Below are positions 43,301 through 51,603 of a DNA stretch of 64,000 nt, one piece after another. The DNA lies in the NCBI GenBank assembly GCA_016285145.1, contig JAEEQE010000004.1:45022-109021 (forward strand), written 5' to 3'. The notes under the pieces are model-generated. The model saw nothing but the letters and a program-made list of their open reading frames with translations, did no database searches and was not told the origin of the DNA. Source of the stretch: Bacteroidales bacterium (GTDB lineage Bacteria > Bacteroidota > Bacteroidia > Bacteroidales > WCHB1-69). The position numbers and the translations under genes are program-made. Positions within the stretch are counted from its first letter, which is position 1; the number at the start of each line of letters is the position of its first letter.

Positions 43301-46300
43301 ACTCCCTCCTTCATGGTAAAGGCATTATTGGAGTTGGTGTTGCCATAATAGGTACCCGCCGCCACCCAAACATCCGCACTGTATGTGGAGGCTACTTCGA
43401 GGGCCTCCTGAATGGAGGAGGTGGCGTTGTTCCAGTCTTCACCGGACTGGTTGCCCGACCCATGCTCCGTCACATAGATGATACTGCCGTAATTGGGCAG
43501 ATGCACGCCATTGTATTCCGATTCATAACATCCGATGTCAATGGTGTCCTTTTGGATTCGGGGATTGCCTGCCAGATCGGTGGCCCCCACATTGACATTA
43601 ATACCATGGTTGATACAGGGTGAACTGCTTGTCAGCCGCCAATCGGCATTGAGGGTAGTGTCCGACGAGCCCACCGTGTCTGACGGATGGACAAAGAACG
43701 GATAGAAGGGCTTGCTGCCGGTGTTTTCGGTTAAAATAAGAATGTTGCCTTCGCCGGCTTTTCCTCCTTCCACTGCTGTATAACTGCAAGAGAATGTTCC
43801 CGTGATGTTGGAGATTTTACCTTTGTTGCGGTTGCCCCAAACAATACAATTGGTCATATAGGTTCTGGAGGTATAGGAAGAGTAGAATCCTCCGCATGAG
43901 TTGCTGTACGTACTCTCATTGTTGACGAAGGTGCAGTTGCTGATATCGCCATAGCCGTACATACCGCCGCCATTTCCATAGGATGTGTTGTTGGCCACCA
44001 AACAGTTGGAAACTCTGCTGTATTCTGCCGTTAATCCGCCGGCATTGCTGCCTGACTTATTGTGGGTGAACGTGCAACAGGAAATGTTACTGGTATATGC
44101 GTATAAACCGCCACTATTGCTATGGGATGTGTTATGTGTAAAAGTACAATAGAGCAAAGAGCTATTAGAGGATATATAGGCACCACCACCGCTGCTGTTG
44201 GTAGTATTGTCAATAAAAGTGCAGTTTTGCAAATAGATGCTGTCTGTATAGCTGGAGTTATAACCATAACCATAGATGCCACCACCTGAACCTGTGGCTA
44301 AGTTGTGCGTTATGGTACAATTGGAAAGGAGAGAGTTTACGCGCAAATAAGCTCCACCGCCGGTACCGGAAATATAACCGTTCTGGATGGTGAAACCGTC
44401 CCACTTGGTGATTTTCTTGAAAGATTCCGTCTGTACGAGCACGCGGCGCGTGTTCTGCCCGTCTAAAATGGTGGGATGCGCGTCAAAGTCGCGTGTTGAG
44501 AGGTCGAAATCCTCGCCTTCGTTGCCCGCAAAGCCGCCATAGACGTTGATACCCTCCATCATCGTGAAAGCGTTGTAGCCGGTGGTGTCTCCGTAATAGA
44601 TACCTTCCGCCACCCAGATGTCTGTGTTGTACATTCTGGCGAGACTAAGAGCTGTGCCGATGTCACTGCAGGCATTGGCCCAGTTGTTGCCTTCGCGGGT
44701 GCCGTTGCCGGTCTGCGTCACATAGATGACGTTTCCGTAGTGGGGCAGCACAATGCCCTCATGGTCGGATTCGTAACAGCCAAGATCGACAATGCCATGC
44801 CGCACACGGGCGTTGCCGTCAAGGTCGGTGCTGTCGGGGATGGTCACTAACTCATTGCTCCCGCGGTTCACACAGATGGAGCCGTTCAACAGCCGCCAGC
44901 TGGTATTGGCGGTCGAATCCATATAACCCGCCGTAACCGAAGGATTCACAAAATAGGGGAAATAGCGTCCATTCTCGAAATCCTGAGGCAACAGAGAAAT
45001 ATTGTTCTCCCCCTGAAAACCGTCTTCCACAGCCGTATAAGTGCAGGTGATATTGGAATACACATTGCTGGATTCATCTCCCATACGATTGCCCCACACG
45101 ATACTGTTGTGCACGGTTCCGCTACCGTAAACGCCGCCGCCATTATAGCTGCTGCTCGTATAGGAGGCCATGTTACGGACAATGGTCGTGTTTTCCACCA
45201 CTGCGGTATAAGATCCACTGTAAATACCGCCACCGTATCCCGCTGTATTGTTTGCTATCAGACAGTTGGAAACGGAGTAGCTATTGCCGTTTTCAATATA
45301 GACACCGCCGCCACTGGAAGAATAGTATGTGGCCACATTGTACGTAACCTCACAATGCCGCATCATCGCGTTGCGATTTACGATACCACCACCGCCAGAA
45401 ACAGCTTCGTTGCGGGTGATAGTGCAATGGTCAAGAATACAGGCTTTTTCCGATGAATTGACACCATAGGCATAGACACCGCCACCATATTTGTCGGATC
45501 TGTTGTTTTGGATAATACAATGCCGCAATTCGGAATTATAGTACAAATACGCACCTCCACCATTTTCGGTGGAAGAACCGTTACGGATGATGAAGCCGTC
45601 CCAAAGGGATTTCTTGTTGAAGCCGTTGGGCTGAGAAAGCACGCGGCGGAGCTGTTTGCCGTCCAAGATGGTGGGATGCGCGTCAACATCACGTAGCGAG
45701 ATGTCGAAGGTTTCCGCCTCATTGCCCACGAAACCGCCATACACGTTGACCCCGTCACACATCACAAAGGCGTTTTCGCCGAGCGTGTCCCCATAATAGA
45801 CACCCTGGGCCACCCACACATCCGCACCGTACATGCCGGCGAGAATCTGGGCCAAGTTGAGATCTGCCATCGCATTGTCCCAACTGCTTCCGTTGCGACT
45901 GCCACTGCCGGACGGCGTTACATACACAATAGAACCGCTAAATGGTAGGGTTATTCCCAAAAAGCCGGTTTCGTAACACCCGATGTCCACCGTATCACGC
46001 TGGACACGGACATTGCCGGCCAAATCGGTGCCGGTGCTGTCAGCATGGGGGAGAATCGTGTTGCTGCCACGGTTTACACAAATGGAGCCTTGCTGCAGAC
46101 GCCAGTCGATGTTCGCGGTACTGTCCGTATAGCCTGCCGCAGCCGACGGCTGTACAAATTTGGGTGCGTAAAGCCCACCGAAGAGATCCTCCGACATGAG
46201 CGCTACATTACCCTCACCAGAAAAGCCCCCTTCCACTGCACTGTTCGTACAATTCAACAGGGAGCCGTTGTTGTAGATGCTGCTCACCTGATCGGCAGTT

Positions 46301-48849
46301 GTCCGGTTTCCGTAAATGATGCTATTGGCCATCTTATAGAGACCAGCAGCATATAAGCCCGCACCATTTTCCGTGACGGAATTGTTCACGATGGTGTTGT
46401 TCAATAAGAACGAAGAGTAAGAATCATTATATATACCACCGCCATTTTTTGCTGTATTATTGGCTATCAAACAATTATAAACACAAGCATAATTATTGTA
46501 AGCAGAAAAGATATAAATACCGCCGCCAAGTGTCTCGGAACGGTTATGGTCAAACACGCAGTTACGGGCAGCGGCATATCTATTGAATAAACCACCGCCG
46601 TAATTGGTGGCTGTATTGTGGCTGAACACACAGTTCTCAATAATAATGGGATTAGAACTGGAAGATCCGTCTGCATAAACACCACCGCCGTTATACCCTG
46701 TATTATGCAGTATTTTACAATTGTGGAGGGATGACATGTGCATCAGGCACGCACCACCACCATTGCCGGTGCTGTAACCGTTCTGAATGGTGAAGCCGTC
46801 CCATGTGGATCTTAAATTGAAATTGTCCGACTGGTAGAGCACCCGCTGGCTGTTCTGCCCGTCCAAGATGGTGGCGTGTGCGTCAAGGTCACGCAGATTG
46901 AGGTTGTAGTTGTCATCCTCATTGCCCACGAAACCGCCATACACGTTGATGCCATCCGCCATCGTGAAGGCGCTGGCGGAAACGCTGTCGCCGTAGTAGG
47001 TGCCTTGGGCCACCCACACATCCGGCGCATGTCCGAAAGTCCTCCGAATGGCCGCTGCGGTACTCAACGCCCAGTTGAGGTCACTGCAGGCGTCCGCCCA
47101 ACTCGATCCGGTGCCCGTTCCGTTTGTCGTGACGTACAGCTTGGAATAGTTTCTCGGCATTGTGGTGAACGTGATTTCCTTCCAATTGCTCGCCTCGGAG
47201 GAGCACAGCGAGCGGATGCGCACATTGTATCGAGTGTTGTGCATCAGCCCGGTCAGAAGAACCGTGTTGGAGGCTGTGGTGGGCAACGGGATATACTGGT
47301 CGCTGTCGGCACGCTTGTACTGCATCTCCCGTCCGATGGCCCCGTTACCGGATGCGATGGTGAATTGCGCCGAGGAGTCCGTCACATTCGTCACGATAAC
47401 GTTGGCACGGTCGCAACCGTCGGAGATGCACCGGCCCGGCAACCAGATGTTCATCCGGTAACCATTGCGCGAAGCGGACGTATATGGATTGGCCGGATCA
47501 TCGTTCATGTTATCACTATAGTGGTACAGACTGCTGTTGCTTTCTGATTGATGCCCGTAAAAATGGGCGTAACTACTCTCATAACTGCCCGTGTTGTCGT
47601 CAAAAACCACCACCAAATTGTCGGTGCCGTTGTAGGCGAAAGTGGTGTCGAACGGAATGGTGAACCAATAATTCTCCCCATTGTTGTTGAATGTGATGGT
47701 TCCGGAATAGACCTTGGTAAGATCGGCCAACGGCACCCAGTCACCACTAGTGGAGAAGGAACCTTTTTCGGTATGCCCCAAATAGATGTCCATCAAACGA
47801 CTCAAGGATGAAGAGTAAAAATACTGCACCGCTATCTGGTTGATATCCCGTACACCGCCGATTTCATTTGCCCTGTAAATCTGCTGGGAGTAGCTGTACT
47901 TGTAGTAAGGATTTGTCGGCAAGTAATTCATTCCGTTAGTTGTGTTGCCGATGACGATAGGCTCCGTGTTCCCTCCCAAACATCCCGTGGAGAACGATCG
48001 GGTGATATAACCGGAAAAGCCGTCGCTACAGAGGGCGCGCACACGCACCTGATACTTCGTTTGCTGCTGCAATCCTGTCAGCAAGAAATGCTCTTCGGTG
48101 AGGTTGTTCGTGGCAACTATCCAGTTCGTGGCGGTATCAGCCTTGTACGACAGTTCATAGGCGGAAGAATTGTCGGAAACAGGCGGCATCCATGTCACAA
48201 AAGCGGAACTGCCCATGATATCCGACAGCTGAAGCCAACGCGCACTGCAAGTGTCCATGTAGTTGACCGTGAAGGTGGTTTTGGGAATGAAATTCTGAGT
48301 ATACGCATAGGTAATGGCAGAAACACTATTGCTATTATTACCATAAATACTGCTAGATGAAGAATATATCCCATAAAAATAGGCTGTTTTGTAATTTCCC
48401 ACAGTTTCTGTGGCGATTTCCAAAAGCAAGTTTCCCCCTTCGTAAAGGAACGGATGGTCAAAGTGGATAGTCAGTGTGCTGTCGGGTGAAATCGCCATCG
48501 TACCCGTGTAAAGGGTCGTCATAGGATCGGTGAGATAGTCCCTTATAGCAAATACTTCGGTATTTGTGATACCCAATTTCACTTTAAAGGTGGCTGTCCA
48601 CGCCTCCGCAGGCAATGTCCTCAGGTAAAAGGTGATAGCGGAGATTTCCACATTCTCCATTTCTTTCAACATGGAGGCTGGATACACCACCTGCTCCCGA
48701 ATGTACTCATTCATATACATGCCATATAGGGGTATGGCACTATTAGAAACCGTACTATCAGCCACTGTGACAGCGGTTTGGGCCGACAAGGCTTGGGTTA
48801 TTAAAAGGATTAGAACAGCGAATAGAGGTATAACTTTTTTCATAAGCAC
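37345..48849 (-). CDS. Giant (3834 aa) secreted protein with N-terminal beta-sandwich/Fn3 pairs, four Pmp-like parallel beta-helix modules, nine CARDB-like repeats and a C-terminal region without a recognisable T9SS sorting domain
   Basis: It has a signal peptide (MLMKKVIPLFAVLILLITQALSAQ). Four roughly 390-aa modules each start ...(I/V)YVT..G.G...G..W..A...(D/T)VWVA.G.YYG...NAF.M..G(I/V)N.YGGF.GNE...RD.DAH.TILDG....RVL.Q....WDGF.I.NG and are followed by GGG(I/V)Y/NxxF turns. Nine repeats follow of the type PDL.V.......G....V.W.V.N.G. The C-terminus ...SGALMFTIKPVEE lacks the YPNP-type CTD. Confidence 0.85.
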   Translation of the reverse strand: MLMKKVIPLFAVLILLITQALSAQTAVTVADSTVSNSAIPLYGMYMNEYIREQVVYPASMLKEMENVEISAITFYLRTLPAEAWTATFKVKLGITNTEVFAIRDYLTDPMTTLYTGTMAISPDSTLTIHFDHPFLYEGGNLLLEIATETVGNYKTAYFYGIYSSSSSIYGNNSNSVSAITYAYTQNFIPKTTFTVNYMDTCSARWLQLSDIMGSSAFVTWMPPVSDNSSAYELSYKADTATNWIVATNNLTEEHFLLTGLQQQTKYQVRVRALCSDGFSGYITRSFSTGCLGGNTEPIVIGNTTNGMNYLPTNPYYKYSYSQQIYRANEIGGVRDINQIAVQYFYSSSLSRLMDIYLGHTEKGSFSTSGDWVPLADLTKVYSGTITFNNNGENYWFTIPFDTTFAYNGTDNLVVVFDDNTGSYESSYAHFYGHQSESNSSLYHYSDNMNDDPANPYTSASRNGYRMNIWLPGRCISDGCDRANVIVTNVTDSSAQFTIASGNGAIGREMQYKRADSDQYIPLPTTASNTVLLTGLMHNTRYNVRIRSLCSSEASNWKEITFTTMPRNYSKLYVTTNGTGTGSSWADACSDLNWALSTAAAIRRTFGHAPDVWVAQGTYYGDSVSASAFTMADGINVYGGFVGNEDDNYNLNLRDLDAHATILDGQNSQRVLYQSDNFNLRSTWDGFTIQNGYSTGNGGGACLMHMSSLHNCKILHNTGYNGGGVYADGSSSSNPIIIENCVFSHNTATNYGGGLFNRYAAARNCVFDHNRSETLGGGIYIFSAYNNYACVYNCLIANNTAKNGGGIYNDSYSSFLLNNTIVNNSVTENGAGLYAAGLYKMANSIIYGNRTTADQVSSIYNNGSLLNCTNSAVEGGFSGEGNVALMSEDLFGGLYAPKFVQPSAAAGYTDSTANIDWRLQQGSICVNRGSNTILPHADSTGTDLAGNVRVQRDTVDIGCYETGFLGITLPFSGSIVYVTPSGSGSRNGSSWDNAMADLNLAQILAGMYGADVWVAQGVYYGDTLGENAFVMCDGVNVYGGFVGNEAETFDISLRDVDAHPTILDGKQLRRVLSQPNGFNKKSLWDGFIIRNGSSTENGGGAYLYYNSELRHCIIQNNRSDKYGGGVYAYGVNSSEKACILDHCTITRNEAVSGGGGIVNRNAMMRHCEVTYNVATYYSSSGGGVYIENGNSYSVSNCLIANNTAGYGGGIYSGSYTAVVENTTIVRNMASYTSSSYNGGGVYGSGTVHNSIVWGNRMGDESSNVYSNITCTYTAVEDGFQGENNISLLPQDFENGRYFPYFVNPSVTAGYMDSTANTSWRLLNGSICVNRGSNELVTIPDSTDLDGNARVRHGIVDLGCYESDHEGIVLPHYGNVIYVTQTGNGTREGNNWANACSDIGTALSLARMYNTDIWVAEGIYYGDTTGYNAFTMMEGINVYGGFAGNEGEDFDLSTRDFDAHPTILDGQNTRRVLVQTESFKKITKWDGFTIQNGYISGTGGGAYLRVNSLLSNCTITHNLATGSGGGIYGYGYNSSYTDSIYLQNCTFIDNTTNSSGGGAYISSNSSLLYCTFTHNTSHSNSGGLYAYTSNISCCTFTHNKSGSNAGGLTAEYSRVSNCLVANNTSYGNGGGMYGYGDISNCTFVNNESTYSNSCGGFYSSYTSRTYMTNCIVWGNRNKGKISNITGTFSCSYTAVEGGKAGEGNILILTENTGSKPFYPFFVHPSDTVGSSDTTLNADWRLTSSSPCINHGINVNVGATDLAGNPRIQKDTIDIGCYESEYNGVHLPNYGSIIYVTEHGSGNQSGEDWNNATSSIQEALEVASTYSADVWVAAGTYYGNTNSNNAFTMKEGVNAYGGFVGNEPANYDLSLRNLDSSATILDGQSLRRVLYQAENFQSSTPAVWDGFTIQNGAIYENGAGVYMQAYSSLRNCIIQNNYIYYKSSNNSWLLPYGAGVYANGAYSSSTGWSGSIQNCIIRNNTVENVNNLNVNGAGIYAVNIFVSHTEISHNNTPRASGGGVYANNNTKFSNCLIYGNSAQNGGGVYMNNSNCSLVNCDIIFNSTTISNTSGAGINRGGGYPTVTNCIVYGNKANYVSNNIYDPYGYGTYTYCAVEDGFNGTGNITLASTNDGFDPTANYVRFMDPDQEDFRLHPTSSCVNIGNNSVMTDNLDLYGSQRIYGNIVDIGCSEAQEQNNCPSVIGLRVENVTTNSARLVWHPVGNETQWLVVYGEVGGQTQSMTVSDTFCTIQNLSLNRHYAAKVRSICDNSLTSIFSVIVNFQTQCNPDELTPPSDFSNMLPTNGQILYSNQMDFSWNALEHVTSYDFYLWAANEEAPTTPTRSGLTQPMANDVTLPHYSAGKVYYWKVVAWNECVSKTSDTMRVQANWNPDLHVSSIDNSTPVATQQMTVTWTVSNDGQGNTPPGITWNDYIWLSPIDGVGGGFWYNVSEILLATVPNVQSLNAGESYQNSVTVTIPTDYVGSYFLFVLTDQHDTRDIDFSPTGQQTAPNPYTPSATNIPYHYLSGADHQDQGNKIKEVDGHELDNFFYKVITIQQPPTPDLVVSSVVHGGNALSGYETNVSWTVTNQGDATAMGEWTDVVYLSRDTVLSTVDDIRLVRYTHSGPLAANESYQHSEQVTIPVDFLSGNYYYIVITDNNNTLYEGINEQNNVSMSQPLAVTMSWLTDLEISAVTMPTAVDANGQYTCSFTVTNNGSSPTYVSQWRDEIYFCQEATFNPQTAIKLVSVPHSGVLDAGSSYNVSAQFTIPNYLTGNGYLFVMVDYYDAVFEYNAENNNVYTQAETILLPDLQVANIYVPDEVSTNAPTTIRWTMRNNGPGNLISRAFYDRIFLNNEEDYQITVNNLSIAVGDSIVRTVNLQLPCPSGNGSTLTIVADYTQLVGESNENNNSKTLTLTMKDYDMALTGFTTQDTDVWSGTSAVLSYIVTNTGSEAITNTQVTDYFYLSTSPTSYQESDLIGRYTHNVNLAVGRAADYTCTVTVPNGISGTYYYHIVCNADTAICENGNYSNNHAHYGPIEVSLSPSPDLVVSQLAIPAQTYLGAEFELNYVIRNQGVAALQGTTVTQKFYYSRSPISYDTTKLLASVNDVLNLAVGDSVALTTYAAIPTNEMVGQYYVYLVTDANDHLYEHNGENNNQKISNATTVSVYQLDLKVTEIDGPDVLQWGQTATYRLHVVNTSTKPTLVRPWHDVIYLSPDQWLNPSDQQMQPVAHNAVLEAGADYWTDLQVTIPLGTPSSVYLIAITDFNSVNPDIDPTNNSKMKVVTINSIPTPDLAIGEVEVLDDVLSGQPSRIAYKVTNVGEVPIVNQSWNDRLFLSVNSSYENDDYLLLTQNRSRMSLAVNESYRDTLAFTVPLPKNGNFHLLLTTNLDNNMFETNQNNNIAGVPVQVVLPPPGDLIVKDISSESSVVSGEVLHVTWTLQNIGDNTLTGNGLRSLVYISADTVFDVNDRLLGSITNAIYLPMDQSMPMGLNGRISGLKAGNYYLIVKTDVTNAFNEVDENNNSGHTTVPFTVAIRTLPFNTDVADTLVNNEPSDFILNVDGNVNQTVRIHLTSEDSLANAVNMIYTTHNDIGDNLNYNYSTIGQYTANPTLYIPSTLPGYYGVNVYGSTPAGNSQNTVIRADILPFELHAVNDNHGGNTGEVTVELTGSRFRPDMIVSLRNAQEEITADTLIYVNYYQAFARFNLAGKTPGVYDVHALTLCEGEATLHNGFTIENGQPMDVSYNLVFPSSPRPNRSVVMLLEFGNTGNVDLHDQVLEITSLGGSPIALTPEGVSQNNVVLRVPLTIEGEPQGLLRPGSYGSINIYTYTSGALMFTIKPVEE
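38280..41700 (-). repeat. Array of about nine CARDB-like roughly 110-aa coding repeats (divergent at DNA level)
   Basis: Repeat starts can be read in the translation: NPDLHVSSID, TPDLVVSSVV, LTDLEISAVT, LPDLQVANIY, DYDMALTGFT, SPDLVVSQLA, QLDLKVTEID, TPDLAIGEVE and PGDLIVKDIS. Confidence 0.75.
42290..47130 (-). repeat. Four tandem roughly 1.2-kb beta-helix modules (coding repeats)
   Basis: Module boundaries are marked by the recurring DIGCYE/DLGCYE/DIGCSE and (I/V)YVT motifs. Confidence 0.8.
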
Positions 48850-48870
48850 AATATCTGATTATCCACGTTG

Positions 48871-48878
48871 CAAAAATA
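48871..48878 (-). promoter_or_regulatory. -7 box (TATTTTTG on minus strand) for the giant-protein operon
   Basis: Plus strand gttgCAAAAATAcaaa lies about 22 nt upstream of the ATG at 48849. Confidence 0.4.
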
Positions 48879-48922
48879 CAAATAAATTAGTTTTTTTGCC
48901 ACATTAGTTATGTCAAAATCAT

Positions 48923-48930
48923 TATTTTTG
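48923..48930 (+). promoter_or_regulatory. -7 box TATTTTTG for the divergent gene
   Basis: catTATTTTTGcagcc lies 19 nt upstream of ATG 48949 and inside the longer track ORF that starts at 48910. Confidence 0.4.
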
Positions 48931-48948
48931 CAGCCAAAATCCGAAAGA

Positions 48949-50031
48949 ATGAAAAAGAATCGAATATACCTGATAACGGCAGCCATTTTGGTGGTTATCT
49001 GTTTGATTATAATACTGTTTAAAACAGGTGTGCTGCACGGCTCCGGCCAAAATATCAAGTCCGACTTCTTTGCCGTGAAGGACACGGCTAACATCACCAA
49101 GGTCTTCATCGCCGACATGAACGGGGAAACGGTCTTGCTCACCCGCAGGGACAACAGATGGTATGTGCAGGATTCCATAGCCGCCCAACCCTCCAAAATC
49201 AACGTACTCCTCTCCACCATCCACAACATCACATTACAGCAGATAGTGGCCAAAAGCGCCCAGTCCAACATCAACAAGATGATGTCGGTGAACGCGGTGA
49301 AGGTGGAAATCTATCAGAATGCCCCCAAGTTCAAACTCTTCGGCATCCGCTTTTTCAACAAGGAACGGCTGGTGAAAACCTACTATATGGGTCCCGCCAC
49401 CATGGATAATATGGCCAACTTCGCCATTCTGGAAGGCTTCGACGAGCCTTGCATCGTGCATATACCGGGCTTCCGCGGATTTCTCACTCCCACCTTCTCG
49501 TTCAAACCCGTAGAGTGGTACAACTGTGACCTGTTCGAGACCAAGATCACTCGCATCAAAACACTGACCGTGCGTGACTACGACCATCCGGAAGAATCCT
49601 TCACCGTAGAAAAATCCGGCCCCCGTTTCTTCTCCCTGTATAATTACCAACATCAGCAGATTGCCGAATATGACACGATGAAACTGCTTGATATGCTCTC
49701 TGAATTTCGGGATAAGAATTATGAAACGTTTGTCGATTATCTGTCGGATGCGGAACGCGACAGCATCATCCAATACAACCAGTTCAGAACCATTATCTTA
49801 GTTGATGTGAACGACAAGGAAACCCGCCTTGATATGTATCGCAAGCTTACCCCCGATGTCATGTATCTGGATGCCATTGTGGGACGGGAAAACCAGGATG
49901 AGAATGCGCCGTACAACCGCGACAAGTTCTATGCCGTGCTGAACGGACAGACAAAAAATCTGGTGCAATGCCAGTATTACCATTTCGACCGGCAGATGCA
50001 GCCTCTTTCCTACTTTTTGAAACAAAAATAA
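48949..50031 (+). CDS. Membrane-anchored hypothetical protein, possibly DUF4340-like
   Basis: I prefer the start MKKNRIYLITAAILVVICLIIILF, a single N-terminal TM helix. The overall pattern (FAVKDTANITKVFI...NRWYV...) resembles DUF4340 family members, but the assignment is weak. Confidence 0.6.
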   Translation: MKKNRIYLITAAILVVICLIIILFKTGVLHGSGQNIKSDFFAVKDTANITKVFIADMNGETVLLTRRDNRWYVQDSIAAQPSKINVLLSTIHNITLQQIVAKSAQSNINKMMSVNAVKVEIYQNAPKFKLFGIRFFNKERLVKTYYMGPATMDNMANFAILEGFDEPCIVHIPGFRGFLTPTFSFKPVEWYNCDLFETKITRIKTLTVRDYDHPEESFTVEKSGPRFFSLYNYQHQQIAEYDTMKLLDMLSEFRDKNYETFVDYLSDAERDSIIQYNQFRTIILVDVNDKETRLDMYRKLTPDVMYLDAIVGRENQDENAPYNRDKFYAVLNGQTKNLVQCQYYHFDRQMQPLSYFLKQK

Positions 50032-50041
50032 TCACTATTTC

Positions 50042-51010
50042 GTGACAGAAGACGAACTCTATATGCGGCGATGCCTGCAGTTAGCCTCATTAGGCTTGGG
50101 CAGCGTGCAGCCCAACCCGATGGTGGGCGCTGTAATCGTGCATAATCACCAAATCATAGGAGAAGGCTATCATCATCAGTACGGGCAGCCCCATGCCGAA
50201 GTGAATGCCATCGCCTCCGTGCCCGACAAGTCCCTACTCAGAAAATCCACCCTGTATGTAAGTCTGGAACCCTGCTCCCATTGGGGCAAAACGCCACCCT
50301 GCGCCGACACCATCATCCAACACGGAATCCCTCGCGTGGTGGTGGGCGTGCGCGACTGCCACGACAAAGTCAACGGCGCAGGCCTCCAAAAGTTGATCGA
50401 TGCCGGAGTGGACGTGACCTTTCCCGTATGCGAAGCGGAATGTCGCGAACTGAACCGCCGTTTTTTCACTTTCCATCAAAAAAAAAGACCCTATGTCATC
50501 CTCAAATGGGCGCAAACCGCTGACGGATTCATGGATGTTGACCGCACCGATGCCTCACAAGTGCATGATTATTGGATTACCAATGAGGCTTTAAAGGTGA
50601 TTGTCCACAAATGGCGGAGCGAGGAGGATGCCATTCTGGTCGGCTATCGGACCATGCTCAACGACAAACCCCAGCTCACCAACCGGCTCTATCCTGGCAA
50701 GAGCCCGCAACGTTTTGTGATGCAGCGGGGTGAAGAAATCCTTTCGGAACTCCCCTATACAACGGTGCCGGAAGATGTGGAAGCGTGTTTGCAGATGCTG
50801 TACGACCGTCGTGTCCAATCCGTCATAGTAGAGGGTGGCCGTTGTACGCTGGATAGATTTATAAAAGCAGGGTTGTGGGACGAAGCAAGGGTACTGGTCG
50901 GCAGCCAATGCTGGGGCCAAGGTCTCCCCGCCCCGTCATTGCCGGAGCAACCCTACCGGACAGAATCAATAGACCATAATTCAATATTGTATGTTCGAAG
51001 ACACCTATAA
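50042..51010 (+). CDS. ribD: Bifunctional riboflavin biosynthesis protein RibD (deaminase/reductase)
   Basis: The CMP/dCMP deaminase zinc motifs HAEVNAI and LEPCSHWGKTPPC are followed by a reductase domain. The track start is GTG 50042, with an alternative ATG at 50063. Confidence 0.9.
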   Translation: MTEDELYMRRCLQLASLGLGSVQPNPMVGAVIVHNHQIIGEGYHHQYGQPHAEVNAIASVPDKSLLRKSTLYVSLEPCSHWGKTPPCADTIIQHGIPRVVVGVRDCHDKVNGAGLQKLIDAGVDVTFPVCEAECRELNRRFFTFHQKKRPYVILKWAQTADGFMDVDRTDASQVHDYWITNEALKVIVHKWRSEEDAILVGYRTMLNDKPQLTNRLYPGKSPQRFVMQRGEEILSELPYTTVPEDVEACLQMLYDRRVQSVIVEGGRCTLDRFIKAGLWDEARVLVGSQCWGQGLPAPSLPEQPYRTESIDHNSILYVRRHL

Positions 51011-51587
51011 AACGATTGCGGCACCGTCCGTGGGCAGCTACAGCGAGAAACGCAGCAAGTTCCTGGCCTATGCCTTCCCCGTGCAGACGGAGGCGCAAGT
51101 CAAAGAACGTATCACGGAAATCCAGAAAAAGCACAATGATGCGCGACACCATTGCTATGCCTACATCCTCGGCCCTAACAAGGATGCGTACCGCATGAAC
51201 GACAACGGTGAGCCTTCCGGCACGGCGGGCCGCCCCATCCACGGACAGCTTCTCTCCAAGGATTTGACCAACACATTGGTAATAGTAGTACGTTATTTCG
51301 GTGGTATTAAATTGGGAGTCAGTGGGTTGCAAAACGCATACAAGATTGCCGCCAAAGAAGCATTAGATGCCGCCACCATCATCGAAAAGACCATTGATGA
51401 GGTTTATAATGTCACCTTCGAATATTTGCAGATGAATGCTGTCATGCAGCTAATGAAAGACCCCTACGTGACGATTCTGCAGCAACAGAGCGATTTGAAC
51501 TGTACGATACGTTTCTCCATCCGCCGCCGCGAGGCCGATCGGATAGTAGAGGCCCTAAAAAAAGTGGGAACCGTAACGCTGGTTTAG
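50991..51587 (+). CDS. yigZ: YigZ / IMPACT-family protein
   Basis: KRSKFLAYAFPV...KHNDARHHCYAYILG...NDNGEPSGTAGRPI...VVRYFGGIKLG. It overlaps the ribD end by 20 nt. Confidence 0.85.
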   Translation: MFEDTYKTIAAPSVGSYSEKRSKFLAYAFPVQTEAQVKERITEIQKKHNDARHHCYAYILGPNKDAYRMNDNGEPSGTAGRPIHGQLLSKDLTNTLVIVVRYFGGIKLGVSGLQNAYKIAAKEALDAATIIEKTIDEVYNVTFEYLQMNAVMQLMKDPYVTILQQQSDLNCTIRFSIRRREADRIVEALKKVGTVTLV

Positions 51588-51603
51588 TGCCGTTGTTTCC
51601 TTT

